Positions 49,841-63,361 of a stretch of 64,000 nt of DNA are shown here, in pieces. A program made the position numbers and the translations under genes. Source of the stretch: Octopus sinensis (taxonomy: Eukaryota); the NCBI RefSeq assembly GCF_006345805.1, contig NC_042997.1, forward strand, positions 9,796,001 to 9,860,000, written 5' to 3'. The number at the start of each line of letters is the position of its first letter. Positions within the stretch are counted from its first letter, which is position 1. The notes beneath the pieces are model-generated. The model was not told the origin of the DNA. It saw only the letters and a list, made by a program, of their open reading frames with translations, and did not search any database.

Positions 49841-51800
49841 TACAACAACACACAAGAATTTGTCGATAAACTAGATAGCCTATAAAAAGGCTTTTGATTA
49901 AGAAATGTCTGGAAATGTATAAAATAGAACCTACTCTGCGAAACGTCTTGTCTGTAAGTATGAGATCATGGAGAACCACTCTGACTTTCAACAATGTTGG
50001 AGATGTAAAAATTTCATGTGAAATTTTCCAGGATGACTTTCTATCATAACTCCTCTTTTTTCTAGCCTTCATACCTTTTTCGAAATTGCTCGATATATAC
50101 TATATGGCTCTGAAATGTTTGATAAAAATATAAATCATCCTTTTTATATGGATGGTTTAAAGCTCTTTGCAAAAAATGACCAACAACTACAGAGCTTGTT
50201 AGCAATAGTTAAACAATTCAGTAGTGACATCCAGGGTGCAATGTGGTCTCGATAGATGTGCAAAAGCTACCTTATCAAAGGAAAATGATAGAAACATCTA
50301 ACGTTATTCTTGACCAACCGAATGTCATAAAGGAGTTAGAACCAGCGGAGAGCTACAAATGCCTAGGGGTCTTTGAAGATAATGGAATCAAACACTCAAT
50401 GATGAGGGAAAGAGTCAGAAAAGAATGTTATCGCAGGACAAGGACAATACTCAAAACAGATCTGAATGCAAGAAACAGGATCGAAGCGATCATTACTTTA
50501 GCCATACCGGTCGTGACTTAGTTTCAATATTATTAACTGGTCAATTATTGAAATCTGTAATCTTGACAGAAAAATACGAAAATTACCAAGAAAAGATGGT
50601 GGCCGTGGATTTTTACAAGTGGAATTAACAATGAAGATTGCTACAATTGCACTTAACACCTACCTGAAAAAGTCTGATGACTGGATGTTAAAATTTGTCT
50701 TAAAGCACGAAAACAAGAAAACATCATACTCAATAACAAAACAGATAAAGAAATATCTAAATTAATTCCAAATACAACAAATCCTTGAATAATACGTACT
50801 AGAAACAAGCACAGTAAAAGATAATTGTATGAAAACCCGTGCTAAACCACCTGCTGCCTTAGATATTCTTACTGATAAATGGCAAGAAAAACCTCTTAAT
50901 GGCAAATACCCAAAGAGAGCTAATAATATTGATATTGACAAAGCCCTTATCCATCAATAGTTATTGTCTTCTGGATTAAAATCAGAGACAGAAGGGTTTA
51001 TCATAGCAGCCCATGATTAATGTCTATCTAGAAGGAGCTACCAGGACAACATATTAAAGAAGGGTAGTAACCCAACATAACAAAATTAAACCATCGATCA
51101 TGTTGTCTCCATGTGCAGTCTTCTTGTACCTACAGAATAACTCAACAGGCATGATAGAGTATATCACTGAGTAATTTGCAAAAACTTGGATCTGTCCCAT
51201 GATAAAAACTGGTGGGAACACAAACTCTAGTGCTTGAAAATGACCACATCTCACTTCTCTGGAACTTCACCGTTCAAACTGTCAGAGAGGTAGATGCGAA
51301 TATGTTAGATATTATATTGAAAGATTTCCGAAAACAGTTCATGCCTCCTCATTAATATGACTGTCCCAATCGACATAAATGTATTTGTCAAGACCTACCA
51401 AAAACTGAGCAAGTATAAAGATCTTAAAATATAGGAATTGGCAAAATGCGGAGTATGAAGACTAAAACAATACCAGTTGTCATTGGTGTCCTAGGAATGA
51501 TAGCAAACGGCACCACGAAATCAGATACCAGGAAATCCCAAAATGGCAGAATTTAAACCAATAGTGCTCGTGGGAACTACCCATATCCTACGTAAAATAC
51601 TGTCCATGTAACCTCAAACTTTAAAACAAACTTATAATTTTCTTATGTTTTCTTAAACATTCTCTGGAACAATATATATGGCACCCTAGTCATAACATCA
51701 GCATAAACTTCTAACTTGTTGTCTCTTGAGATCTCTGGGTGAGACTTGGAGTCAACTTGTACAAATACAAAGCAAAAGCCATATAATATGGTTCAATGAT
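49840..51800 (+). mobile_element. R4/Dong-type LINE, 5'-truncated and degraded (RT through RLE and 3' UTR)
   Basis: IFQDDFLS, (F)YMDGLKLFAKND, ESYKCLGVFED, LKSETEGFIIAAHD, WNFTVQT, IPVVIGVLGMI; (TAA)n at both ends. Confidence 0.9.
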
Positions 51801-51801
51801 G

Positions 51802-51852
<51 letters not shown>

Positions 51853-51888
51853 TAATAATAATAATATTAATTATTATTATTATTATAA
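51801..51888. repeat. (AAT)n abutting (TTA)n (tail-to-tail element ends)
   Basis: Read directly from the sequence. Confidence 0.95.
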
Positions 51889-52097
51889 TTCTTTCTGCTA
51901 AAGGCACAAGACCTGAAATTTTGCGGGAGGGGAGTAGTCGATTTCATTGACACCAGTGTTTCACTGGTATTTAATTTATCGACCCCGAAAGGATGAAAGG
52001 CAAAATTAACCTCGGCAGAATTTGAACTTAGAATGTAACAATGGACGAAATACCGCTGAGCATTGTCCGGCATGCTAACGATTCGGCCAGCTCGCCG
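51889..52097 (-). mobile_element. SINE family A
   Basis: TTTATCGACCCCGAAAGGATGAAAGGC...GAATTTGAAC...CCAGCTCGCC. Confidence 0.85.
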
Positions 52098-52329
52098 TTT
52101 TTTTAGCAGCAGCAGTAGTAGTAGTAGTAGTAGTGTTGGTGGTGGTAGTGGCGGTGATTGTTATTACAGTTGGGCTCATACTATCAAAATAATAGTAACA
52201 GTAATGATTGTAACAGTAACTAGAGCAAAACTGTTCGTAACAGTAATTCATTATGATAGCTTTTCTTCACTGCTGAAGTTTGTCTATTGATATTTATATC
52301 TGTGCATCCTGGTGACTAGTTCAGATTTC

Positions 52330-53800
52330 GGGTTGAAAACAATATGACCCTACCTGTCATGGCATGCGATTTCTATTTTATTTGCATGCTTTTGCGCAGT
52401 CCATTTCATGTTATAGTCGGCGTTCTGTTTCTTTTATTGGTGACCATATGTACATAGACAAGCTGTTGCCTGCTCATTTAAGTTCCCGAACGAGTATTTC
52501 TTTGGTAGAACCTGACTTTTTAATGGCTTTCTATTAGGCCAACATAGGAATTAGCTTATTGTTTTAGACGAAAATAATTGCTTTGTGCACTATCATTGAG
52601 AGATGATTAAGCACTCTCTCAGGTTCATGTAGTTTTACGTCAGAAGCAGGTTAGAGTATTGCTGTCGGATAGGCTTTTAGCACTGATTTTGACTATTTGT
52701 GTGGCAAAGTTTGCAAAGCAGCTTTAACCTCGGACCTTTTGAATCATTTGTAGTATCTGTAGTTATTGAAAAAATATTTTTGTGACAAAGAAAACAAATC
52801 TAGCAAAGTTTGATCGGTTATAAAGGCTGAGGGGATTAAACGAAAGAATTTCACTTCTGCATTGTTTATAATGCTTGGTGAATAATAGATTTTATTTTCT
52901 AGAACTCACTTAATTTCTATGCATCACTATAATTCAAAGATGATTTTTAAACGCAGATTCTTCTGAGAAATATAAAGTCGACTTATATTTGTAAATAATC
53001 TTTTGATCATGGTAGATGAATAGTTGAGCATTTTGTAGAGGTAGAGTAGCATTTTTTGGTAATTTTGAAAGGATGGTAGTTGTTACAGTAATTTTAGATT
53101 AAGCTGATTAAGCTAATTAACTTTTCCAGCTATAGTTTAATGAGCGATTGTTCATTACTTTGAATATTATGAACATTCGCTATTGTTCTTCGTTGTTTTT
53201 TATACTTTAAGATAGATTTATAAAAATGCATTCTGGTCTTTGGAAAGTTAATATACTGCAGGAAGGATGATTTCAGTCATTGTGGTGTTTTAATAAGTTC
53301 CAGGTAAGGTGACGCTGTAATGTTGATTTGTGATCCTGCATTCCACAAGTGAGGTTAGGCAGGGTGTGTTGAGTGTTAATTGCTTAAATCTTTAGTCCAG
53401 TGTCGTTGCTAATGTTTGTCCAAATAGTTCAGTTTTTAAATATTGTTTTCTTTAGTTGTGCTGCGTTTGTTTGCTTCATACTTTTAGCATCAAACATAAA
53501 TGTATTTTGCATTTTCAAAATTCTTTGATATTGTGCTTGGAAGATATAAGTAATCATTTCATACTCAAATTCTTTATGAAGTTCAATATATTATATGCTA
53601 ATTCTCCTAAAATCTTGTTAGTGAGAACGCATTTCTGTTTCTTAAAGCCAAAGCACATTTTAAAGGTGCTAAGCTAAATTCGCTTTCTCTAAAATAGGCG
53701 CCTTCTACAACATTCTGCACGTAATGTTTTCTCTTCTTTGGATGAAACAAACTGTGCAGGCTTTAAAACTTAATCGGGTGTTGCTTCATGATTCAAGCGC
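52330..53800 (-). mobile_element. Degraded Penelope-like element (post-RT linker and GIY-YIG)
   Basis: Minus strand FNP(L) motif followed by SYVGLIE..KVRFYQ...ATALSMYIWS, typical of the PLE endonuclease region. Confidence 0.7.
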
Positions 53801-54851
53801 TTTGCTACATTGCAGAAAGTGCTCTACAACAAAAGTTATACGAGAGATGCTGGTTTTTATATTGTTGTAAATCGCAACTTAGCGATGAAGTACTCATTTC
53901 CCCCATGCATGTTTTTCTTTATTTTGCGTTTTGTCGTTTTCGCTTTGCCTTGCTGATTTCTTGTTTCTGTTAGTGTTCTTTTTTTATGTCTTTTACCTTT
54001 CCGTTCATTTTCTCTTCTCTTCTTCTTTTCCTATCATTTTCCCCCATGTTTTTGCTTGCCTACGTGTTGAATCAGTAAGAAGGAGAATAACAATTAGTAG
54101 TAGTAGTAGTTAGTAGTAGTAGTATTGGCGGTGATAGTGGTGCTGGTGGTGATAATACTAGGTGTGATGATAAAAGAAAAAGAAGAACAAGAACAAGTAC
54201 AAGAACAAGAACAACACCAACAACAACAAAACCAAAGAAAAACAAGTGAAAAGAAGATGATAAAGATCAAGTTTTTTTAAAAAAAAAACGAAAAAAAAAT
54301 GTATTAACTTTTTCTAAAACTTTCTCAGCTTTCAACCAAATAACATTTATAGGTGCTGTGAATTTATTTGGATGAGTACGTTTGACCTACATGAACTATG
54401 GATGTAGACTTAGATCTGTTTACTGGAAAAAATTGAACATTACAATTCAAGAGTGGGGTTTGCTAATTTAGAAGTGTTTACAGTTGCAGCATCTGTTGCA
54501 AACCCTGGTGTGCTGCCCGTAACGCGGAGGAGGGAAAAATCAATAGATACAGGAGCGTATCCGGCCGCTATCAGTTTGTGCCGGTCAGTCACACAACGTG
54601 AGATGTTCTAGGATCGATCCCGTACTATCTATTTCCTCCGCAAAATAGGTATAGCGGTGGGCCGTCGGAGAAATGAGTCCCAGAGGTGGAGTGGCTGCTG
54701 TAGCGGGTATCACTGGCCATTCTTTGAGGCAACATCATCGCAGTCACAACCACGGAGTGCGGATGGCTGCCCCACTTGTTCTAGGATATGTGGCCTATTG
54801 CCCCCTCCCTTTCCATATTCCGCTGCTTTATCCCACCCCATTTCGTTTTTT

Positions 54852-54929
54852 CTTTCCTTTCTTGTCTTTTCTTTCCGCATCTCTCTTTCCTTTCTTGTCT
54901 TTTCTTTCCGCATCTCTCTTTCCTTTCTT
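54852..54929. repeat. 33-bp pyrimidine-rich tandem repeat, about 2.4 units
   Basis: Unit CTTTCCTTTCTTGTCTTTTCTTTCCGCATCTCT. Confidence 0.92.
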
Positions 54930-56699
54930 TTTTGTATCCGTGTGAATCTTTCAAATTTAACACTTCGAGTAAACAAATTTATCTTCTAAATTCCTCTTTG
55001 CTTTGTTGAATTGTTTATAAAACGTCTATAAAAAGAAAAAGGATTTTAGGTTGTATGAGATGAAAGGCCACACAATGGCATTGCTAACATTTTATACTGT
55101 ATGTATTCTATGATTATCAGTTACATTTTATGATACCCACAACATGCACGTTTGGGACTAAACTTATGTATATTTTTATGTATGTGCATATGTAGGTGTA
55201 TGTGTGCTCAGCTGTATGTGTGTGCGTGGCTACTATAAGAAATGTCTATTAGACCTTCAATGCACAAAATACAAGCATTGATATGTACCACAATCCTGTT
55301 TATCTGATGTTACATATGCCTCTCCTTTCTATATAAGCATCTATTGATCAATAGAAATTACTGTAAAAACGTATGTTCACTGTAACACTTATATTAGTTA
55401 ACTTTGTGAGTTACCGACAAGACTCGCCAAATTTCTTCATTGTCATCTGATCGAAATCAGTTGGTAGATAAACATAAAAGCATGCCTCAACAAAGAATAT
55501 GATGCTTTCGTCTTGACGTTCGCGTCCAATAAACTCTGATAAGATTTATGGAGACGGAGTTTTGAATAATTAAATATCATTCCACCTTGCCTAATACTAT
55601 TGAATACGTTTATTTGGCTAATACTACACCCAACACTATGAAACTACAATGTACAATTAAAATCATACGCAGCTATCATAGACAAGGAGATGATAAATTA
55701 ATGATTGTTTATTTGATTGCTTTACTGGAAGATAGTGATCCATAATATAACATATTCTTAAATGCAGCCTTGCGTTATTGAATATTATTAGCAGTTAATA
55801 GTAATACTGTTATTTTACTAACCGTTGCTGCCATTCATTGATTTAATCTTACTGACAAACGGTAAGGCTAAAAAATACAATATAACATAGTACTAGGTTA
55901 TCTTTGTAACATACGATAAAATATACGAATATGAATAACTCTAGTAGTTTAACTATTCAGCATTCAGATTATTCTGTTAAATATAGAGCTCATTTACTTA
56001 CATTATTTTGAAATGATCATATGTTATCTTGTAGCTTTGAGATTTTAATGATGTGATTGTTTATTTTCTAACATGACATAGAAGTTTAAGTGTGAGAGGC
56101 CAGATATGGCCATGTATCGCATAAAACAGATAGAATGTTTGGGCCTGGTATAGTCATTGTAAATATTAACGAGTTAAACGTTTGCTAATATATTTGTTTA
56201 AACTGCCAGAATTCCTTTTGTCATTGTCCTATGGATCGAACATACAAGCAGCGAATATAGTTGAAGGCACTCAAGAGGTTGCATAATCGGGTCAAATCCG
56301 GATCTATGTAATTATGAAGCAGACTCCTTTAAACACACAACTATACTTTTACCTCTCTATATACGCTATGAAACAGAATTCAATGTTTAAATGTTTCTTT
56401 ATTAATCTGAGCAAATATTTCCGTGACATGAGAAGAATGGCAGACACTTTTTTTTGACAATATTTAGTCTTGTTTGTCTTTGTTTATATCCAAAAACATA
56501 GATAAGAACTAATATGTACCTTTGCCAACCGGTATAAGATTCAATAAAAAAAGCCACCTGCCGCCAATGATAAGCAAAACCTTGTCTGCAATAGCCAAGA
56601 CATAAGTAATTTCTATTGAATACCTGAAGGACCGAGTAGCATGAAACTCACTCTAGTTGCGAGATAAGTATTGAATTCCCTATATGTATATATGCGTAT

Positions 56700-56859
56700 A
56701 CTCATACACACGCACGCGCACACAAACACACAAACATACACACAAACATACACATACATATAAGTCGTAATTTGCTTAAATACCGTGTGGCTCCACGGAA
56801 GTGACTAGCTCAACCCTCCCCACCAAAAAATACATAAAGATATATTTATATATATATAT

Positions 56860-56940
<81 letters not shown>

Positions 56941-56990
56941 ATATGTATGTATATATACATATGCGGATGTATATGTGTCTTTGTGTGTGC
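56700..56990. repeat. Compound (CA)n/(TA)n/(TACA)n microsatellite block
   Basis: Read directly from the sequence. Confidence 0.95.
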
Positions 56991-57939
56991 ATGCAGCGAC
57001 AGACGGAAAGAGAAAAATGCGTGTTGGTGTATGTAGAAATTTGAACGCTTCCCTTAGAGAGATGGGAACAAATGTGCTCTGCTCCCACCCCAACTCACTT
57101 AAGGACCTTTAAACTCGAATATATTACCTTAAGTGTAACTCATTATGGATTACAAATCGCTACGCGCATTCGCGCACGCACAGACACTCACATACACAGA
57201 CACTAGCACAGACACACATAGATCTGGCTGTCATGCAGGAGAAAAAGTACTCACATCTTGTAGCTATTAGGTATTTGTTAGAATCTAATAATTCATTCCA
57301 TCGTTGCACAGATATTTTCGCTATGTTCGATCCATCAGGCAATAAAGAGAATAGTCATTTTATATATTACTAGGCACAAATAGTGCTGAAGACATGACTC
57401 ACCCTAGTGTTAAAATATTTCCTTTGACAATGATATTCTCATAGTCGTGCTTACATCACTTTATAATTATCAAGCATAATATAATATTTTCACTAACATC
57501 AATCTCCTTTAAATGTGCAGAAATTTTACGTTTATTTATTATGGTCACTCCTTAATAATTGTACGCAAGCAAACATTTTGACACGTGGTAAAATAATAAG
57601 TCATATTTCATTTCATTTTATTCGACGACTGACAAATTTATTTCCATTTATCATGAATAATCTGTTTAATAGATCTCTATTAAAATATCTCGAAAATAAA
57701 TCATAAATTTCTTTTGCCTTTACTTATTTCCCTCATGATGTTTAAAATCAGATACAATTTAAAGAAAAGTAGTTCACTATCAATATGATAGCAAAAGATA
57801 GGATATGGTTTCCACATATGTTGTCCAAACATTTTTACTCTATTCCTGAGCTCTTGAAATCATTAATTTACAGAAAAGAATTGTTTAGAGCACGGCCACG
57901 AAATTTGCATGAAGAAATTTGTACGAGGAAATTTAGACG

Positions 57940-58035
57940 ATTTGGTTGACTTCAATACCTGACAGGTATTTTATTTTATCGACTCCGGATGGATGAAAGG
58001 CAAAGTCAAGCTCAGCTAGATTTGAACTCAGAAAA
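57940..58035 (-). mobile_element. SINE family A fragment
   Basis: TTTATCGACTCCGGATGGATGAAAGGCAAAGTC...GATTTGAACTCAG. Confidence 0.75.
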
Positions 58036-58039
58036 TACT

Positions 58040-58450
58040 CAATTTGTTTCTATCGCTTGATATTAGGCTGCTACAATTAGGCTCCCTGTTTCTTTTCCTT
58101 TTTAATTGCCCCTTTTCAACCAAGCCCAGCATTTTATTCTACATTCATCTTCAGTAACTCTCCAAAATTGGCCATCCAGAAGTTTCTCTTCAATCTGTCT
58201 GACGTGCGTTCTTTGTATATCATTCTTGTCCTTTTCGCCTATTACGCGCTTCATCACCTGTCCTTTAGTTACTGGCTTTAGTAGTTTTTTCTGTGCTAAT
58301 CTGTAAATATTCTACTATAATTTCTCTTTCTATCTGTACTCTTTCTTCTACTGCTATTAAGCCTCTTCCACCCTGTTCTCTCCTCAAGTACAGCCAGTTG
58401 ATATCAGCTTTCTGATGGTGAGCACCATACATTGTCAAGCTTTCAGATGG
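58040..58450 (-). mobile_element. R4/Dong-type LINE fragment (second copy)
   Basis: MYGAHHQKADINWLYLRREQGGRGLIAVE...GQFWR...WLKRGQLK. Confidence 0.8.
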
Positions 58451-58454
58451 TGGA

Positions 58455-60879
58455 CTATTATTATTATTTCATAGACGCATAACAAATTATACTGTTGGAA
58501 AAAATATTCCTAATATCGGGCTACAACAAGCAATCTTAGATGCCAAAGATTCTCCTAAGTATTCTAATAATACTGTTTTAAATATTCTAATAATACCGTC
58601 CCTAATAATACTGTTTACTGAAGTTGTATTAAATTAAATTGTATCCCTATTTCTTCTCTCCATTTTTTCAAATCTTTAGGGATGTTTCTTATTGCACCTA
58701 TAACTACAGGCATACGTTTTCACCCGTATATTCCATAGTCTCTGTAATTGGCTAGGTACTGGTACTTTGCTATTTTCTCTATATTTCTCATGTTGATTTC
58801 TCATCATTTGGGACTATAAAGCCAATTATCTGACACTTTCTAATTCTATTTATCTACAACTACTAAATCAGCCCTTCTAGCTTCTATCACTCTGTTTGTC
58901 TGTTTGTTAAAGTTCCACAGCGTCTTATCTTCCGTACTTTCCAGTACTTTAACTACCTTTATGTTCATACCATTTATCAGTATGGTCAAATCCTAGCTCT
59001 CTACATAACTCCCAATGGATTACTCTCACTAGGTTGTTGTCTTTTCTTGTATTCTTTCTCTACCAGTATGTTACATTCACTTACTATATGAGTAACACTT
59101 TCCTCTTTCGATTCATATAATTTACATTAGGAAACTACCGGATTTTGTCTATATTGGCTTTCATCGAATTAGTGCTTAATGCTTGATCTTGTGCTGCTGC
59201 TAACAAACTTTCTGTCTCCCTTTTCAGCCTTCCTTTCTGCAACCATAACCATGTCTCACTTCAACTATTTGCTGCAACTATCTTTTTGAATCTACCACGC
59301 AAGCCTTCCATTGCCAGTCAGATAACCTTTTTCTTCTTATGATCTTAACTTCATTTGGCCTTTTGGTTCCCCCATATCCTACTGTGATTCTAGAAGCTCT
59401 TAATAAACATTCTTCACTATTACTTACATAGGAGGCTATATCTACTCTAGCTAACTCTACGTAGTCTTCTACAGATATTAACCCCCTCCAACCTTCTTTC
59501 TGGTTAAGTATAATCTGCTACTCATGATCGTGGGTGAAGTGTACCATTCATATTGAATTCCTTTCTAATTCTTCCGTCTAGAGTTTCTAATTCAGATTTT
59601 GACCAATCTATAAAGCTACTGAGTATCTAAGTAACGATACTACCCAATTATTTACAGCCTTCATTAAATTCGAACCATTTAGGTTTAATTTCATTAGCTT
59701 CCTCATCCTTCTGATGTACTCCTTCTCAATTTTATTTTTCATATCTGTAGTTAGTACTCTGTCAGATTCTAATACTCCTAGATACTTATAACTCTCTCCT
59801 CCTTTGAATGATTTTAATGTCTGACCATTTGGTAATTGGATGCCTTCGCTGTTAACTACCTGTCCCCTTCTCTTGACTAATATTGCACATTTATCTATGC
59901 CAAAGTCCATGCCTATATCTTTACTGAAGAGTCTTACAGTCTGTATTAAGGGATCTATCTCTTTTTCATTCTTACTAAAAAGCTTCAGATTATCTATGTA
60001 GAGCCAATGGTTAATCTTTCCTTTACCAATTTTGAACTGATACCCTGCCTTTGCCTTCCTTAATACTAAACTGAGGGGTCCAAACATAAGAAAAATATCA
60101 AAGGGGATAACGAATCTCCTTGAAAAATTCCTCTCATGATATTAAATTTTAGGTTGTGTCAACTGTGTATTTTACTTTCCATTTCCTCATGATAAAGCTT
60201 ATTGATTCTCTTATGCTTTCTGCATGCTGAATACACTCAAACATTCACTTATCCATGAGTGTGAAATCTTATAATTTATCGATGCTATTGTTAAACTTTT
60301 CTTTCTAGATTTTACTTCATTAAGGACTGCTTTGTCGCTGTATAATAGATTATGCACTTCTCTAGCTTTTTTCCTGCAACCTTACTGTTCTTCTGGCAGC
60401 AAATTCTGGTTGTCAAAATGCTTGTAAATGCTTTCTGAAAGCATTCCTCTTACCATCTTCGACATTAATGGTAAGCAAGTGATTAGTCTATAATTGGTAG
60501 CTGTATTATCCTTGCTCTTATGTTTCATAAGGAGTACTGTAATCTTGTTTGATCCCTCTCAGGAAGGCAAAGGAATGGTATCTCTCTAGTCATCCAATCT
60601 GGTATTAGGTTTCTGCATTATGCTTCTCCTCTTCAGTACTTTTTTCTCCACTTTTTATTTGGCTATAAAATCCATTCCGGTTTGTCTCGAATGATCTATT
60701 CTGTTCATTTTGATTTATTCTTTCCTGATATTTGGAAGGTTTACCTACTACTCCTATGATAGGTTCTTTCAACTCTTCCATGACTCTCTCAAATCCTCTT
60801 TCTTTGACTCAGTATCTTTTCTTAAGGAAATGTTTAAATCTTGTGTTTCCTAACTTGTTCAGTTTCCATGTTTCTATTT
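58455..60879 (-). mobile_element. R4/Dong-type LINE, RT through 3' end (pseudogene; ORF fragment 59608-60087)
   Basis: IFQGDSLSP, INHWLYIDNLKLF, FGIDKCA, YKYLGVLE, LLRYS, GRLKRETESLLAAAQDQAL, then the RLE region and a short (AAT)n end at about 58455. Confidence 0.92.
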
Positions 60880-61121
60880 CAGTCATTGTTGTGTTTTAAT
60901 AAGTTCCAGGTAAGGTGACGTTGTAATATTGATTTGTGACCCTGCATTCTACAAGTGAGGTTAGGCAGGGTGTGTTGAGTGTTAATTGCTTAGATCGTTT
61001 GTCCAGTGTCGTTGCTAATGTTTGTCCAAATAGTTCAGTTTTTAAATATTGTTTTCTTTAGTTGTGCTGGGGAGGCTTTTGCATATGCGTTTGTTTGCTT
61101 CATACCTTCAGCATCAAACAT
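60876..61121 (-). mobile_element. Penelope-like fragment, a near-copy of 53270-53497
   Basis: Direct repeat of ATTTCAGTCATTG...GTTAGGCAGGGTGTGTTGAG...CATCAAACAT with an insertion of about 18 nt. Confidence 0.85.
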
Positions 61122-61206
61122 GTAACTCAGTGATATACTTATAATTTTTGCAAATAACTCAGATCTGAATGCAAGAATGCAAGTATATTTGCAAATATAC
61201 TTATAA

Positions 61207-62287
61207 TAATAATAATAACGCAACATCACGAAGGGACATCTGGCACCAGCGACTTAAGTGACTTAAGTGGAGAAGATCAGAAGATTTTAGATGAGTTGCA
61301 GGAAGCAATGACAAAAAAGAAGAAAGGAAAGATTACCAGCATTAAAAGGTTCCAACAAAAGTAATCTGCTAGATATGACTAGGAAAGTAGATTCTGTCAC
61401 GTATAATTACTAAAATTATACGTGACACTAACTTAGTTTATGAGAGACAAGAATATGCCCAGAAACTCTGGTGGTAGCAGCGAAAATAAGGCCAGAGCTT
61501 TAAGTGATGGTCACCAGCTTGGCAGCGGTTCAGTACAAATGCAGGCTGACTACAGCTGTCATTCTAAGGGCGCATCAGCAGATAATAGAATAAGGAAGCG
61601 GAATCGGACCAGTGAAGAAAACAGGATAAGCAGTGGTAGTGAGAATGTGAACCTAAAAGAAGGGGTTATAGAAAATAGGTTTAACACTTTGGGTAGAGAA
61701 GAATATGTTTAAAGTGACTGAGCAGAATAAGTAGACGAAGCTAATGCTATTAGGAGGAGAATGTTGATCACAGAATTAGAGGTGGGAGAGATCATAAGAG
61801 AACTGGAGAAGGAAGACCAGGCAGTAGAAAAGCCAAAAAACAACTTTAAATATACAATTCAAACCAAAGAAGAACCTAAAAAAAAAATAATAATAATAAC
61901 GTAACATCACGAAGGGACATCTGGCACCAGCAACTTAAGTGACTTAAGTGGAGAAGATCAGAAGATTTTAGATGAGTTGCAGGAAGCAATGACAAAAAAG
62001 CAGAAAGGAAAGATTACCAGCATTAAAAGGTTCCAACAGAAGTAATCTGCTAGATATGACTAGGAAAGTAGACTCTATCACGCATAATTACTAAAATTAT
62101 ACGTGACACTAACTTACTGAATTCTGCAGGAGGGGTAGTCGTTACTAGAAGATTAGGTATTCCTCAAGGAAAGATTTAAAACGAGCAAATGTGGAAAAAG
62201 AGATTACAAAATAAAATGAATACTTTAAGATAAGATCTGAGTAAAATAGAAACATGGAAACTGAACAAGTTAGGAAACACAAGATTT
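61207..62287 (+). mobile_element. R4/Dong-type LINE N-terminal ORF fragment with a 229-bp duplication
   Basis: FKVTEQN..DEANAIRRRMLITELE and WKKRLQNKMNTL..DLSKIE resemble the pre-RT region; 61207-61435 is duplicated at 61888-62116; the last 44 bp overlap the minus-strand element. Confidence 0.8.
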
Positions 62288-63109
62288 CATCGTCATCACC
62301 ACTATTATTATCCGACATCTGGTAGTTTCAAATAATTTTCTATTGCATCACTTGCTGCACTTTTGAGTACGTGAGGTGTCTGCAGCATTTTATTTTTCGT
62401 CTGGGGAATATTGTATTGCATCATTATCTTTTGCTATGGTCTAATGTTTGTATTTTGTGTCATTTATACAGTGCAAGATGTGTTCTGCCATTGGGTATTG
62501 GGCTTCTATGGCGCATGTTGTGGGGTTTGTTTATTTTATTGGGAATTTACCGTACGAGTTTATTCCTGCATGTTTTTGGGGGAGTGTTGCATTATAGTGT
62601 GCGTAAATCACTTTATTGAGGCCATAGTTATCTGTCCATCACTCTTTATTTGGTTTTGCTATTTGTTTGAGCAGTGACATTAACGTGTGTTTATGTTTCC
62701 TTCGTGTAGTGATCGTTGGGGGCTCGCTGGTCAAAATTCACTACTATTACTTTTTTCTTCTTTGTTCTCTACAACTGTTTGTTTCACCGAACACTGATCA
62801 TAATTGTGTTCCTTTCCAGTTCACAGGCCTGTCACTTCTTTGGTTAAATACATTTAAATACCATACGTTCGGTGTTTGCTACATACGCGTCCGTGTCTGG
62901 GCTGTATAAACTTTATAATTGTTATTGATGTATAGGAGAGTAACAGAGAAACTGCAATGTGCATATGTATTGAGGATTTGTAGAGATGTAAATGCATATG
63001 TGATTAAAAGTTTACTCACAGTTTCGCAGTTTTGATATGGAGGCACTGAGGTTCACGTGTTTACATTTTCACGCACATTTTTCTATGGTAGCGCTTCTGA
63101 GAGAAGCTA

Positions 63110-63125
63110 TTTATTATTATTATTA

Positions 63126-63185
<60 letters not shown>

Positions 63186-63361
63186 CATATGAAAACAGCT
63201 TATTTTGCTGGGTATGATAGAAAGTGTCGGCTGTCGTGCACATATGGCTGTGATACATGTGCCTTGTTTCTGACAGGTAGCCATGATGGGTATTCTGCGC
63301 TTCATATGTTTAACCCCAGTGTCACTTTGATGGCATGCACTGCTCTCACTCAATAAAAAAC

